DNA of 64,000 bases from Thalassobaculaceae bacterium (GCA_965228875.1 OZ245843.1:1532616-1596615); one strand, 5' to 3'. Counted from the stretch's first letter, positions 1 through 10,883 are shown. Notes: generated from the sequence alone by a model not told the origin. Numbers and translations are program-made.

Positions 1-1
1 T

Positions 2-976
2 GGGGCGCCGAACGAGCCGAGCGTCCCACGGGTCCGGGTCCGCGATCTCTCCCCCTCGGATTTTGTGGCCTCGGTGATCTCCTCCGGCCAGACCGAGGCG
101 GCCAGGGTCGTGACGGTCCGGGCCGAAACCTCGGGCCGCATCGTGGCGACGCCGACCGGCAAGGGGGCGCGGGTCGACACCGACGCGGTGATCGTCGAGA
201 TCGACCGGGCCGACCGTCCGGCGGGCCTGGCCGAGGCCAAGGCCCGCATCGCCCAGCGGGAAATGGAGTACAACGCCGCCTCCAAGCTGGCGGCCAAGGG
301 CTTCCAGGCGGAGACCACACTCGCCGGCGCCCGGGCCGAGCTTGAAGCAGCCAAGGCCGAGCGGCGCCGGATCGAGGTCGACCTCGCACGCACCCGGATC
401 GCCGCGCCGCTGCGCGGCGTCCTTCACGACCGCAGCGTCGAGATCGGCGACTATGTCGGCATCGGCGACCCGGTGGCGATCGTCGTGGAACTCGATCCCC
501 TGCTCATCACCGCCCAGGTCGCCGAGCGGCAGGCGCCGCTGATCGCCGTCGGAATGCCGGCCGACGCCCGTCTGTCCAGCGGCGACAGGTTGACCGGCGT
601 GGTCCGCTACGTCGCGGCGGTCGCGGACGAGGACACGCGCACGTTCCGCGTCGAGATCGAGATCGACAATCCCGACTACCGCTACGGTCAGGGGCTGACC
701 TCCGAGATCCGGATCGACCTGCCGGCCGTCCGCGCCCATCCGGTGTCCCCGTCGATCTTCCGGTTGGACGAACGCGGCCGGATCGGCGTGATGACGGTAG
801 ACGCCGACAACCACGCCAGGTTCGCGCCGGTGGACATTGTCGGTGTCGACGATCGCGGGACCTGGGTGCGCGGCCTGCCGAGCGCGGCGCGGATCATCGT
901 CGTCGGCCAGGATCTCGTCGATGACGGCGAGACCGTCGATCCCGTTCCCACACAGACCGCGGGAGCGACGCAGTGA
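2..976 (+). CDS. RND efflux periplasmic adaptor (membrane fusion protein), 5'-truncated by the window edge
   Basis: Frame is open from base 2; lipoyl/hairpin MFP pattern (RTRIAAPLRG, VADEDTRTFRVEIEIDN); stop overlaps the permease start (GTGA). Confidence 0.9.
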   Translation, partial: GAPNEPSVPRVRVRDLSPSDFVASVISSGQTEAARVVTVRAETSGRIVATPTGKGARVDTDAVIVEIDRADRPAGLAEAKARIAQREMEYNAASKLAAKGFQAETTLAGARAELEAAKAERRRIEVDLARTRIAAPLRGVLHDRSVEIGDYVGIGDPVAIVVELDPLLITAQVAERQAPLIAVGMPADARLSSGDRLTGVVRYVAAVADEDTRTFRVEIEIDNPDYRYGQGLTSEIRIDLPAVRAHPVSPSIFRLDERGRIGVMTVDADNHARFAPVDIVGVDDRGTWVRGLPSAARIIVVGQDLVDDGETVDPVPTQTAGATQ

Positions 977-3900
977 AAGCCATCATCGCCGCGGCCCTGT
1001 CGCGCAGCCGGACCACGCTTTCGATCCTGGTGCTGATCCTGATCGCGGGCACGGTGTCCTATGTCGAGATCCCCAAGGAGGCGGATCCGGACATCAATAT
1101 CCCGATCATCTACGTTTCCATGTCCCACGAGGGCATCTCGCCGGAGGATGCCGAGCGTCTTCTGCTGCGGCCGATGGAGCAGGAACTCCGTTCGATCGAG
1201 GGCATCAAGGAGATGCGGTCGACCGCCTACGAGGGCGGTGCGAACGTCGTGCTGGAATTCGATGCCGGCTTCGATGCCGACAAGGCCCTCGACGACGTGC
1301 GCGAGAAGGTCGACATCGCCAAGCCGGACCTGCCGGAGGACGCCGACGAGCCGACGGTCAACGAGGTGAACTTCTCACTGTTCCCGGTTCTGGTGGTGAC
1401 CCTGTCGGGCGACGTGCCCGAGCAGGTACTGCTCCATACCGCGCGCCAACTTCGCGATGCGATCGAGGGCATTCCGTCGGTGCTGGAAGCGGCGCTGACC
1501 GGTGAGCGCGAGGAACTGGTCGAGGTGGTCATCGACCCGGTCCGCCTGGAGACGTACGGTCTGCAGGCGGGCGACGTCCTCGACATCGTCGCCCGCTCCA
1601 ACCGGCTGATCGCCGCCGGCGCGCTCGACACCGGCACCGGCCGGTTTCCGATCAAGGTGCCGGGCCTGTACGAGGACGTCACGGATATTCTCGATCAGCC
1701 GATCAAGACCAACGGCGATGCCGTCGTGCGGATCCGCGACATCGGCGTGGTGCAGCGCACCTTCAAGGATCGCGAGACCTATGCCCGACTGAGCGGACAG
1801 CCGGCGATCGCGCTGGAGGTATCCAAGCGCACCGGCGAGAACGTGATCGAGACGATCGAGCGGGTGCGGGCAACCGTCGCCGCCGCCTCCGACCTGATCC
1901 CGGACGGCATCACGGTTACCTTCAGCCAGGACAAGTCGGACAACATCAAGACGATGCTGACCGACCTCCAGAACAACGTCCTGAGCGCGATTCTCCTGGT
2001 GATGATCGTGATCGTCGGCGCCCTCGGAATCCGCACCGCCGGCCTGGTCGGGCTGGCGATTCCAGGATCGTTCCTTCTCGGCATCCTCGTGCTGTCGTCG
2101 CTCGGCCTGACGATCAACATCGTCGTGCTGTTCAGCCTGATCCTGGCGGTCGGCATGATGGTCGACGGCGCCATCGTCGTGACCGAGTTCGCCGACCGCA
2201 AGATGGCCGAGGGTCTGAGCAGGCTGGACGCCTACCGGGCGGCCGCCCAGCGCATGGCATGGCCGATCATCGCCTCGACGGCGACCACCCTGGCCGCGTT
2301 CTTCCCGCTCCTGTTCTGGCCGGGGGTGGTCGGCGAGTTCATGAAGTTCCTGCCCATCACCCTGCTCGCCACCCTGGCGGCGTCGCTGCTGATGGCACTG
2401 ATCTTCGTGCCGGCGCTCGGCGCACAGATCGGCAAGGCAAGCGCCTCCAACGATCAGGACCGCAGACAACTGGCCGCCGCCGAGAACGGCGACCTGGACG
2501 ACATCAAAGGGTTCACCGGGGTCTATCTGAAGGCCCTCGGTGCCGCCATCCGGGCACCTGGCCTCGTCCTGCTCGGCGCCCTCGCGACCCTGATCGGCGT
2601 GCAGTACTACTACGCGACCCACGGCAACGGGATCGAGTTCTTTCCCGAGGTCGAGCCGGAGATCGCCAAGGTCTACGTCCATGCCCGCGGCAACCTCTCG
2701 ATCGAGGAAAAACTCGAGCTGGTGCTGCCGGTCGAACAGGTCGTGATGGAGGTCGGCGGCTACAAATCGCTCTACACCTATGTCGGCAGTTCGCAGCAGG
2801 GCGGCGGGCAGGAAGTCGCCGACGACGTGATCGGCAGCATCCAGATCGAATTCGCGGACTGGCAGGAGCGTGCCCCCGCCGGGCAGATCCTCGAGGAGAT
2901 CGCCCGGCGCACCAGCGGGTTCGCCGGCATCACCGTGGAACCGCGCGAAGAGGAGAGCGGCCCACCCACCGGCAAGCCGGTCCAGGTCCAGCTCCGGTCG
3001 CGGGACCGGGAAGCGCTGAACGAGGCGGCCGACGTCACCATGGCGAAGTTCCGCTCCTTCTCCGACCTCAAGGACCTCGAGGACACCCGGGACGTTCCCG
3101 GCATCGAGTGGGAGATCTCCGTCAACCGGGCGCAGGCCGCCAAGTTCTCCGCCGACGTCTCGCTGGCCGGTCAGTACATCCAGCTGGTCACCAAGGGCCT
3201 GAAGATCACGGAGTACCGGCCCAACGACAGCGACGAGGAGATCGACATCGTCGTCCGCTACCCGGAAGCGTACCGGACACTCGAGCAGATCGACCGCATC
3301 CGCATCGAGACGCCGGACGGCCTGATCCCGATCACAAACTTCGTCGAGCGCAAGGCCGAGCCCAAGACCGGAAAGATCCGACGCGTGGACACGAGAGAGG
3401 CGATCACTGTCAAGGCCGACGTCCGGGACGGTGTCCTGCCGAGCGAGAAGGTCAAGGAACTGCGCGCCTGGCTCGACACCAATCCGCTCCCGGCCAACGT
3501 CGAGGCGACCTTCAAGGGCGAGGACGAGGAGCAGCAGAAGGCGCAGGCCTTCCTGGTCAAGGCGTTCGGTGTGGCGCTGTTCATCATGGCGATCATCCTG
3601 GTGACCCAGTTCAACCGGTTCTACTCCGCCTTCCTGATCCTCACCGCCGTTGTGATGTCGACCATCGGCGTCATGCTCGGCCTGCTCATCACGGGCGAGC
3701 CCTTCGGCATCGTGATGACCGGGATCGGCGTCATCGCGCTGGCCGGTATCGTGGTGAACAACAACATCGTCCTGATCGACACGTTCGACACCATCAGGCC
3801 GGCCTGCAAGGACACCCGCGAGGCGATTCTGCGCACCGGGGCCCAGCGCCTGCGGCCGGTGCTGCTGACGACGGCGACGACGATTCTCGGGCTGATTCCC

Positions 3901-4170
3901 ATGGTGCTGCAGCTCAACATCGATTTCACCACCCGCGAGGTGACGATGGGCGCGCCCTCGACCCAGTGGTGGGTGTCCCTGGCCACGGCGATCGTGTTCG
4001 GCCTTGCCTTCGCCACGGTGCTCACACTGGTGGTGACCCCGTCGGCGCTGATGTTCCGCGACAACGTGGCGGCCGGCTGGACCCGGCTGAAAGCCAGTAT
4101 TCGGCGGATGATCGGTCGCGGCCGAGGCCCCGACATCCCCGGCGACGCCGCCCCCCAGGCGGCCGAGTAG
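973..4170 (+). CDS. RND efflux permease, AcrB/AcrD/AcrF family
   Basis: 1065 aa, RND topology, motifs GMMVDGAIVV and QRLRPVLLTTATT. Confidence 0.95.
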   Translation: MKAIIAAALSRSRTTLSILVLILIAGTVSYVEIPKEADPDINIPIIYVSMSHEGISPEDAERLLLRPMEQELRSIEGIKEMRSTAYEGGANVVLEFDAGFDADKALDDVREKVDIAKPDLPEDADEPTVNEVNFSLFPVLVVTLSGDVPEQVLLHTARQLRDAIEGIPSVLEAALTGEREELVEVVIDPVRLETYGLQAGDVLDIVARSNRLIAAGALDTGTGRFPIKVPGLYEDVTDILDQPIKTNGDAVVRIRDIGVVQRTFKDRETYARLSGQPAIALEVSKRTGENVIETIERVRATVAAASDLIPDGITVTFSQDKSDNIKTMLTDLQNNVLSAILLVMIVIVGALGIRTAGLVGLAIPGSFLLGILVLSSLGLTINIVVLFSLILAVGMMVDGAIVVTEFADRKMAEGLSRLDAYRAAAQRMAWPIIASTATTLAAFFPLLFWPGVVGEFMKFLPITLLATLAASLLMALIFVPALGAQIGKASASNDQDRRQLAAAENGDLDDIKGFTGVYLKALGAAIRAPGLVLLGALATLIGVQYYYATHGNGIEFFPEVEPEIAKVYVHARGNLSIEEKLELVLPVEQVVMEVGGYKSLYTYVGSSQQGGGQEVADDVIGSIQIEFADWQERAPAGQILEEIARRTSGFAGITVEPREEESGPPTGKPVQVQLRSRDREALNEAADVTMAKFRSFSDLKDLEDTRDVPGIEWEISVNRAQAAKFSADVSLAGQYIQLVTKGLKITEYRPNDSDEEIDIVVRYPEAYRTLEQIDRIRIETPDGLIPITNFVERKAEPKTGKIRRVDTREAITVKADVRDGVLPSEKVKELRAWLDTNPLPANVEATFKGEDEEQQKAQAFLVKAFGVALFIMAIILVTQFNRFYSAFLILTAVVMSTIGVMLGLLITGEPFGIVMTGIGVIALAGIVVNNNIVLIDTFDTIRPACKDTREAILRTGAQRLRPVLLTTATTILGLIPMVLQLNIDFTTREVTMGAPSTQWWVSLATAIVFGLAFATVLTLVVTPSALMFRDNVAAGWTRLKASIRRMIGRGRGPDIPGDAAPQAAE

Positions 4171-4199
4171 CCGGTCGGGACATTTTCCGGCCGGGCCGG

Positions 4200-4805
4200 T
4201 CAGTCGCGGAATGCGGCGACGGCCTGGCCGATCCGGCTCGCGGTGGTGATCCAGCACAGGGCGCCGAACACGCCGGCGATCCACGGGAACGCGTGCGGGA
4301 ACACGCAGATCGCCGCAAGGCAGGCGATCGTCTCGGCACCTTCCGTCAGCCCGCCGAGATAGAAGATCGACTTCCGGCCCCGTGCCTCCGTGGTCATTCC
4401 CCGCTTGGCGGCGATGATGGCGTAGGCGAGGAAGGACGCGCCGGTGCCGATGAAGCTGAAGATCAGGAAGGCGGCGAACACCGCCTCCTCCGGCCGGCCG
4501 AGGGCCACGCCGAAGACCACGGCGCTGTAGAAGATGAAGTCGAGCACGATATCGAGGTAGCCGCCGAGATCGCTCGGCCCACTGGCGCGCGCCACCGCCC
4601 CGTCGAGCCCGTCGGCGAGCCGGTTGACGGCGATCAGTCCGAGCGCGAGCCCATAGGCTTCCGCCGCCAGGGCCGGGATTGTGCCGAGACCGACCACGAA
4701 GCCGGCGACCGTAACCGCATCGGCCGACACGCCCGCCCGGGCGAGCCCGCGTCCGGCGACGTTGAGCGGCGGGTCGATGATCCGTCGCAGCGCGGCGTCG
4801 AACAC
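4200..4805 (-). CDS. CDP-alcohol phosphatidyltransferase family protein (YnjF-like)
   Basis: Signature DGLDGAVAR...GGYLDIVLD; GTG start inferred just after the pssA stop. Confidence 0.85.
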   Translation of the reverse strand: MFDAALRRIIDPPLNVAGRGLARAGVSADAVTVAGFVVGLGTIPALAAEAYGLALGLIAVNRLADGLDGAVARASGPSDLGGYLDIVLDFIFYSAVVFGVALGRPEEAVFAAFLIFSFIGTGASFLAYAIIAAKRGMTTEARGRKSIFYLGGLTEGAETIACLAAICVFPHAFPWIAGVFGALCWITTASRIGQAVAAFRD

Positions 4806-4809
4806 CGCC

Positions 4810-5667
4810 TCACTCCGCCGCGCGGTTCTGCCTGCCGTCGTTCGAGGCGGATGCCGGTTCTTCCGGCTCCGTCGCCGTTTCGTCGTCCCCCCCGGTCGCC
4901 GCCATCGCCTCCGCCGCCTGCAGCAACCGGCGGTAGGTACCCAGCGACAGCGGGATTGTGCCCAGATACACCATGAGGACGATCGCGAGCGAGAACCACG
5001 GCGCGCTGATGACCCCGGCAACCACCAGGCCGGCGCCGATCAGGGTCGGCAGCACCCAGCGCTGAGGCACCTTCATCCGCTTGAACGAATAGGTCGGGAT
5101 CTGGCTGACCATCAGCAGGCCGACACCGGTCAGCCACAGCGCCACGAGGACCGGCGCCCCTTGCAGGTCGAGCTCGAACTGGAAGTCGAGGATCATTGGC
5201 AGCATCGCCAGCCCGGCCCCGGCCGGCGCCGGCACGCCGGTGAAGTAGTTGTAGGCGAAGGACGGTTTGTCGTCGTCCAGACGCACGTTGAAGCGGGCCA
5301 GGCGGAGGACGCAGCAGGTCGCGAAGAACAGGACCGCCATCCAGCCGAAGTTCTTGAGATCGACCATCGACCACAGGAACACGACAACCGCCGGCACCAC
5401 GCCGAAACACACGAAATCCGAGAGCGAGTCGAGCTCGGCGCCGAACTTGGACTGGGCGCGCAGCAGGCGGGCCATCCGCCCATCGAGCGCGTCGAACACC
5501 GCTGCCAGCAGGATCATGCCGACGGCGAACTCCCACCGCTCGGCGAGCGCGAACCGCAGCCCCGACAGGCCCGCGCACAGCGCCATCACGGTAATGATGT
5601 TCGGCAGCAGCTTGTTGAACGACAACCCCCGCAACCGCTGCCCGCGACGCCGGCGGAGAGGTCTCAT
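4810..5667 (-). CDS. pssA: CDP-diacylglycerol--serine O-phosphatidyltransferase
   Basis: [47 protein letters not shown] overlap with psd. Confidence 0.93.
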   Translation of the reverse strand: MRPLRRRRGQRLRGLSFNKLLPNIITVMALCAGLSGLRFALAERWEFAVGMILLAAVFDALDGRMARLLRAQSKFGAELDSLSDFVCFGVVPAVVVFLWSMVDLKNFGWMAVLFFATCCVLRLARFNVRLDDDKPSFAYNYFTGVPAPAGAGLAMLPMILDFQFELDLQGAPVLVALWLTGVGLLMVSQIPTYSFKRMKVPQRWVLPTLIGAGLVVAGVISAPWFSLAIVLMVYLGTIPLSLGTYRRLLQAAEAMAATGGDDETATEPEEPASASNDGRQNRAAE

Positions 5668-6350
5668 CGCACGGCCCCTTCCCGCGCCGCCTCGCCGCTC
5701 TCCAGGTCGGCGATCACCGTCTCTCCGGCGACGCAGCGCTGTCCGAGCGCCACCTGTGGCGCCACGTCCGGCGGCAGATAGACGTCGACCCGGCTGCCGA
5801 ACCGGATCATGCCCATGCGCTCGCCCGCCAGCAGGGTCTGACCTTCGCTGATCTTGCAGACGATGCGCCGGGCCACGAGGCCGGCGATCTGCACGAAGGC
5901 CAGCGGGCGCCCGTCCCGGGTCTCCATGGCGACGAGCTGGCGCTCGTTCTGCTCGCTCGCCTTGTCCAGCGACGCGTTCACGAACGCCCCCGGCACGTAG
6001 GCGAGCTTGACGACCCGCCCGTCCGTCGGCGTCCGGTTCACGTGCACGTCGAACACGTTCATGAAGATGCAGACTCGCTGGACCTGCTCCTCGCCCATGG
6101 CCAGTTCCTTGGGCCAGGGTGCGGGACCGACCGAGACGACCACGCCGTCGGCGGGGCTGATGACGAGGCCGGTACGCACCGGTGTCACCCGGTCGGGGTC
6201 GCGGAAGAAGTAGATGCACCAGGCGGTCAGGATCAGCCCCGGGACCAGCAGCCAGTCGGCGATCAGCGCCAGGACGAGGGTGGCCACGGCGAAGATCGCG
6301 ATGAAGGGGCGGCCTTCGCGGGCGATCGGCACGAGAATTGAGTTCAACAC
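5664..6350 (-). CDS. psd: Phosphatidylserine decarboxylase proenzyme
   Basis: [24 protein letters not shown] and the self-cleavage motif FGSRVD. Confidence 0.95.
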   Translation of the reverse strand: MLNSILVPIAREGRPFIAIFAVATLVLALIADWLLVPGLILTAWCIYFFRDPDRVTPVRTGLVISPADGVVVSVGPAPWPKELAMGEEQVQRVCIFMNVFDVHVNRTPTDGRVVKLAYVPGAFVNASLDKASEQNERQLVAMETRDGRPLAFVQIAGLVARRIVCKISEGQTLLAGERMGMIRFGSRVDVYLPPDVAPQVALGQRCVAGETVIADLESGEAAREGAVR

Positions 6351-6365
6351 GGCGGTTTCCGTTGG

Positions 6366-8360
6366 TCAGTTCACCGTCGGCAGACCGAATACCTGCCCCG
6401 GGAAGATCAGGTCGGGGTTCTGGATCTGGTCGCGGTTGGCATCGTGGATCTGCACATAGCGCAAGCCCTCGCCATAGACCCTTGTGGCGATGAGCCAGAG
6501 ATTGTTGCCCGGCTGGATGACGACAAGGCGGTCGTTCGGCAGGCCCTTGAGCGGCGCCGCCCGCACGAACGGGAACGCCACCCGCGCCTTGACCCTCCCG
6601 CCCGGCGCCACCTTGTCGACCCGCAGGTTGTAGTTGCCCGGCGCCACGGGTTCTTTCGGGGTGAGCTGCCAGCGCCCTTCGGCATCGGCGGTGGCGTTTC
6701 CGGCGGGCCGGTTGTCGATGAACACCTCGACATCGGCGTTCGGTTCCGTACGGCCGCCGAACACCACCTCGCCCTTGTCGTCATACTCGATGACGTCGAC
6801 CGAGACGGCACCGTCCTGCGCGACCTCGGTCGGCGAAGGTGCATCGGCGGACGACGGGGCCGCAGCGGGCTGCGGGAAGGCCTGGACCACCGTAGAGGCG
6901 GCCGTCCGGTCGTCGCCCGCCGCCGAGGCCGGGGCGCCCGACGCGGTTGCGGCCGGTGCGGATGTATCCGTGACCGTCCCCGCGCCGGGTCGGGCGGCGA
7001 CCTGCGGGGCGGCAACGGCGGCTTCCGTGGACCGCGGAGCCCCTTCCGGTCGGGCTGTCGCCACGCCGGCGACCGACGCCGCCCCTGAGCCGGAGCTGGA
7101 GCCGGAGCCAGAGCTGGAGCCAGTCGCGGCAGGCGCCGGAGACGATGCGTCCGCGAGGGATTTCGACGGAGCCGGCGACCGCTCTTGCCCACTCGCGGCA
7201 GCGGCGCCGACGGTTTCGGCCGCCGCCGGTGCCTCGGCGACGGCGGCCGGCGTGCCATCGGCGGAACGCGGCACCGATCCGGCCGTGGAGGCCGCGTCCG
7301 TGGAAGCCGTGGCCGGGGAAGCCGTGGCCGGGGAAGCCGTGGCCGGGGAAGCCGTGGCCGGGGAAGCCGTGGCCGGGGAAGCCGTGGCCGGGGAAGCCGT
7401 GGCCGGGGACGCCCCATCCACGGCACCGGAGGACGCCGTCACGTCTGTCGTCGGATCGGCGGACTGCGCCGGCGCGGACGCGGCTGCGGAGCCAGACGCT
7501 GGCGCGGGCGTCGTGGCCGAAGGCGCGGCAGCGGACGCCGTGGCCGACGACGGAACATCACGCTCCGGCGTGCCGGCTGTCGGCGCCGCATCGGTGAGCG
7601 GCGCCGGTTCCGTCCCGCTCGGCGCGGGCGCGGCGGCCGTGACGGTCGTCCCGTCGTCCGGCTGTCCATCTTTCCGTTCGGACTTCCGCGCATCCAGCGT
7701 CGGCGCCTGCGGCATCGCCGGCGTCGCGACACCCGCGGCCGGCCCGGCCGACGGCGCCTGCAGGACACGGGCGCCGCGCCGTCCGGCTTCTTCGCGCGGC
7801 AGGACCATGGCCAGCGGCTGGCTCGGCTCCGACGTGGGTCGCCCGGCGATGTCCTTGCCCGGTTCCGGCACCACCAGGACGACCGCCTCCTCCGACTCGG
7901 CGGTCTCCGGCTCCCCTTCCTGCCTCAGGGTCAGGGCGAACTGACCGGGGCCGAGTTGGTGGTCGGGCAGGAACACCCACTCGCCCCGCTCGTCGCTGAC
8001 CACCGAGCCGATCTCGTTGTCGCCGTCGAGGATCGTGACCTCGGTATTGGGCCGGGCACGGCCGGCAATCACGGCGTTGCCGTCCGGGTCGACCCGGACG
8101 ATGTCGAAACTCGGCCGGCGCTCGGCCGGCTGCGATGCCGCCGACGCCGCCGACTTCGCGGCCTCCGCCGAACCTTGGACGGTGCCTTGGGCCGAGGGAT
8201 CGGTCGTCGAGGGCACGGCCGGTTGCCGAGGAACCGCCGGCGCCACGACGCGCTGAACCTCGTCCTCCTCGTCGCCGGGCACGATCCAGAAATTGAGCCC
8301 CAGCGCCGTAAGGATCGCCACGCCGCCTACTACGCCAACAATTGCCGGCTTGGAAACCAT
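6366..8360 (-). CDS. Membrane-anchored LysM peptidoglycan-binding protein with two Ig-like domains and a long Ala/Pro/Ser/Thr linker
   Basis: N-terminal TM segment; PSFDIVRVDPDGNAVIAGRA Ig-like domain; C-terminal LysM (IQPGNNLWLIA...IHDANRDQIQNPDLIFPGQ). Confidence 0.88.
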   Translation of the reverse strand: MVSKPAIVGVVGGVAILTALGLNFWIVPGDEEDEVQRVVAPAVPRQPAVPSTTDPSAQGTVQGSAEAAKSAASAASQPAERRPSFDIVRVDPDGNAVIAGRARPNTEVTILDGDNEIGSVVSDERGEWVFLPDHQLGPGQFALTLRQEGEPETAESEEAVVLVVPEPGKDIAGRPTSEPSQPLAMVLPREEAGRRGARVLQAPSAGPAAGVATPAMPQAPTLDARKSERKDGQPDDGTTVTAAAPAPSGTEPAPLTDAAPTAGTPERDVPSSATASAAAPSATTPAPASGSAAASAPAQSADPTTDVTASSGAVDGASPATASPATASPATASPATASPATASPATASPATASTDAASTAGSVPRSADGTPAAVAEAPAAAETVGAAAASGQERSPAPSKSLADASSPAPAATGSSSGSGSSSGSGAASVAGVATARPEGAPRSTEAAVAAPQVAARPGAGTVTDTSAPAATASGAPASAAGDDRTAASTVVQAFPQPAAAPSSADAPSPTEVAQDGAVSVDVIEYDDKGEVVFGGRTEPNADVEVFIDNRPAGNATADAEGRWQLTPKEPVAPGNYNLRVDKVAPGGRVKARVAFPFVRAAPLKGLPNDRLVVIQPGNNLWLIATRVYGEGLRYVQIHDANRDQIQNPDLIFPGQVFGLPTVN
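7306..7410. repeat. 15-bp tandem repeat x7 (GCCGTGGCCGGGGAA) encoding (ASPAT)7 in the LysM protein linker
   Basis: Six identical units plus one with a terminal mismatch, read directly. Confidence 0.97.
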
Positions 8361-8468
8361 CCGTTTGCCGCCCTTTTGGTTTCGATCACATTAAACCCAC
8401 AGGTCGTTCCGTACAATCGCGCTGCCCGGAGATTGACCTCGCCGTGCCGCGGTGCGAAAGACGGTCCC

Positions 8469-9059
8469 ATGAACACGTCATTCCCCCGATCCATATGCGT
8501 CTTCTGCGGCTCCTCGTCCCAGGTTGATGCGGTGCACAAGGAAGCGGCCAGCACATTCGGTCGCCTGATGGCCGAACACGGCTGCACTCTGATCTACGGC
8601 GGCGGCCGCGTCGGGCTCATGGGCCTGGTCGCCGACGCGACGATCGAGGGCGGCGGGTCGGTCGTCGGGATCATCCCGTCGTTCCTGCAGAAACACGAGG
8701 TCGGCCATACCGGCCTGGACGAGCTGGTGGTCACCTCCAGCATGCACGAGCGCAAGAACCTGATGTACGAGCGGGCCGACGCCTTCGTCGTGCTGCCGGG
8801 CGGGCTCGGGACCCTGGACGAAACGATGGAGGCGCTCACTTGGGCGCAGCTCAAGCTGTCGGACAAGCCGATCGTCATCGTCGACGTCGCCGGCTTCTGG
8901 CAGCCGCTGCTTCGCCTGATCGAACATACGATCGATAGCGGCTTCGCCCGTCCCGAGAACCGCGCGCTCTACCGGACCGTCGAGACGCCGGAGGCCGTCT
9001 TCGACGCGCTCAAGGATTGGAAACCGTCCGAAGGCGACGTGTCCTCGAAGTGGCTGTAG
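8469..9059 (+). CDS. LOG family nucleotide phosphoribohydrolase
   Basis: ICVFCGSS, LIYGGGRVGLMG, MHERK and the PGGLGTLDE motif. Confidence 0.93.
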   Translation: MNTSFPRSICVFCGSSSQVDAVHKEAASTFGRLMAEHGCTLIYGGGRVGLMGLVADATIEGGGSVVGIIPSFLQKHEVGHTGLDELVVTSSMHERKNLMYERADAFVVLPGGLGTLDETMEALTWAQLKLSDKPIVIVDVAGFWQPLLRLIEHTIDSGFARPENRALYRTVETPEAVFDALKDWKPSEGDVSSKWL

Positions 9060-9160
9060 GGTCCGCGCCGTAAGGCCCCCTTGAACGCCGGCGGGCCGGT
9101 GATATTGTGCCGCCGACCTTACCGCTGAGCCGCTCAGACCAACATCCTCAGGAGTACCCG

Positions 9161-10372
9161 ATGGCGAAGATCAAAGTAGCCAACCCGATCGTCGAACTCG
9201 ACGGCGACGAGATGACCCGGATCATCTGGCAGATGATCAAGGACAAACTGATCTTCCCCTACCTGGACATCGACCTGAAGTACTACGATCTCGGCGTCGA
9301 GGCCCGCGACAAGACCGACGATCAGATCACCATCGACAGCGCGAACGCCATCAAGGAACACGGCGTCGGCGTAAAGTGCGCGACCATCACCCCCGATGAG
9401 GCGCGCGTAGAGGAGTTCGGCCTGAAGAAGATGTGGCGGTCGCCGAACGGCACGATCCGCAACATCCTGGGCGGCACCGTGTTCCGCCAGCCGATCATCT
9501 GCAAGAACGTGCCCCGCCTGGTGCCGGGCTGGACCCAGCCGATCGTGATCGGCCGCCACGCCTTCGGCGACCAGTACCGGGCCACCGACTTCCTGGTCGA
9601 CGGCCCCGGCAAGCTGACCATCACCTTCCAGCCGGAGAACGGCGATCCGATCACCCGCGAGGTCTACGACTTCCCGGACAGCGGCGTCGCCATGGCCATG
9701 TACAACCTCGACGAGTCGATCCGCGGCTTCGCCCGGGCCTGCTTCAACTACGGCCTCGACCTCGGCTGGCCGGTGTACCTGTCGACGAAGAACACGATCC
9801 TCAAGGCCTATGACGGCCGCTTCAAGGACCTGTTCGAGGAGGTGTTCGAGGCCGAGTTCAAGGCGAAGTTCGACGCCAAAGGCATCGTCTACGAGCATCG
9901 CCTGATCGACGACATGGTCGCCTCGGCGCTGAAGTGGTCCGGCAACTTCGTGTGGGCGTGCAAGAACTACGACGGCGACGTGCAGTCCGACACGGTGGCC
10001 CAGGGCTTCGGTTCGCTCGGCCTGATGACCTCGGTGCTGATGACGCCCGATGGAAAGACCGTCGAGGCCGAGGCCGCCCACGGCACGGTGACCCGTCACT
10101 TCCGCCAGCACCAGCAGGGCAAGGAGACGTCGACCAACCCGATCGCGTCGATCTTCGCCTGGACCCGCGGCCTGACCTTCCGCGCCAAGTTCGACGACAC
10201 GCCGGACGTGGCGGCCTTCGCCCAGACCCTCGAGAAGGTCTGCATCGATACCGTCGAGAGCGGATCGATGACCAAGGACCTCGCCCTGCTCATCAGCCCG
10301 GACCAGCCTTGGTTGACCACGCAGCAGTTCCTCGCCAAGCTAGATGAGAATTTGCAGAAGGCCATGAGCTAA
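9161..10372 (+). CDS. icd: NADP-dependent isocitrate dehydrogenase
   Basis: [51 protein letters not shown]. Confidence 0.98.
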   Translation: MAKIKVANPIVELDGDEMTRIIWQMIKDKLIFPYLDIDLKYYDLGVEARDKTDDQITIDSANAIKEHGVGVKCATITPDEARVEEFGLKKMWRSPNGTIRNILGGTVFRQPIICKNVPRLVPGWTQPIVIGRHAFGDQYRATDFLVDGPGKLTITFQPENGDPITREVYDFPDSGVAMAMYNLDESIRGFARACFNYGLDLGWPVYLSTKNTILKAYDGRFKDLFEEVFEAEFKAKFDAKGIVYEHRLIDDMVASALKWSGNFVWACKNYDGDVQSDTVAQGFGSLGLMTSVLMTPDGKTVEAEAAHGTVTRHFRQHQQGKETSTNPIASIFAWTRGLTFRAKFDDTPDVAAFAQTLEKVCIDTVESGSMTKDLALLISPDQPWLTTQQFLAKLDENLQKAMS

Positions 10373-10381
10373 GGGACACAG

Positions 10382-10864
10382 ATGTCGTCACGGTCAATGG
10401 TTTCCGCCGCCGCGCTTGTCGCGGCGGCGCTCGCGTTCCTGACACCGTCGGCCCAGGCGGAATGCGTTCCCGGCGAGTTCAGGGACGGCTGGCTCCTCGA
10501 ACAGGAGACCAAGGGCGGGCACACCGTCGATCGCCATGTCGCCAAGAGCGACGCTTGGCTGATCGACCGCCTCGACCGCGAGCCGAGCATCTCGGCCGCC
10601 AGTTCCTTCCCCGACCGAACCACCGCCCGCAAGGTGATCAGCCTCGCGCTGTCACCGGACAAGTCGGACCTCGACGAGTGGGCGACCTCGGCCAATGACG
10701 GGGACGTGGCCGAGATCCGCATGGCTTTCGAACAGCCGATCGGGCGGATGGTGTCGCGTGGCACCGCCGCCGCAATCCCCGCGCACGGCCTCCGCCTGTT
10801 CGTCATGGCGGACGGCAGCGGCTCCTGCCACCTGCTGACGGCCTACCCGACCGACCACCACTGA
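10382..10864 (+). CDS. Secreted bacterial RNase A-like (CdiA-CT type) domain protein
   Basis: Sec-type signal peptide ending AQA; GGHTVDRHV...DRL...ASSF...LTAYP pattern of bacterial RNase A-like toxin domains. Confidence 0.75.
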   Translation: MSSRSMVSAAALVAAALAFLTPSAQAECVPGEFRDGWLLEQETKGGHTVDRHVAKSDAWLIDRLDREPSISAASSFPDRTTARKVISLALSPDKSDLDEWATSANDGDVAEIRMAFEQPIGRMVSRGTAAAIPAHGLRLFVMADGSGSCHLLTAYPTDHH

Positions 10865-10883
10865 CGACGGCCGGGTACCGAGC

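Noticed and set aside
1375..4976. Very long alternative-frame and antisense ORFs (969 aa, 905 aa; similar ones at 18192-21035, 33643-35637 and 42483-44897)
   Set aside because: Shadow ORFs typical of high-GC DNA; Arg/Gly/Pro-rich, motif-free and overlapping well-supported genes.
7306..7410. Possible CRISPR array
   Set aside because: Contiguous 15-bp units with no spacers, in frame within a CDS, and no cas genes.
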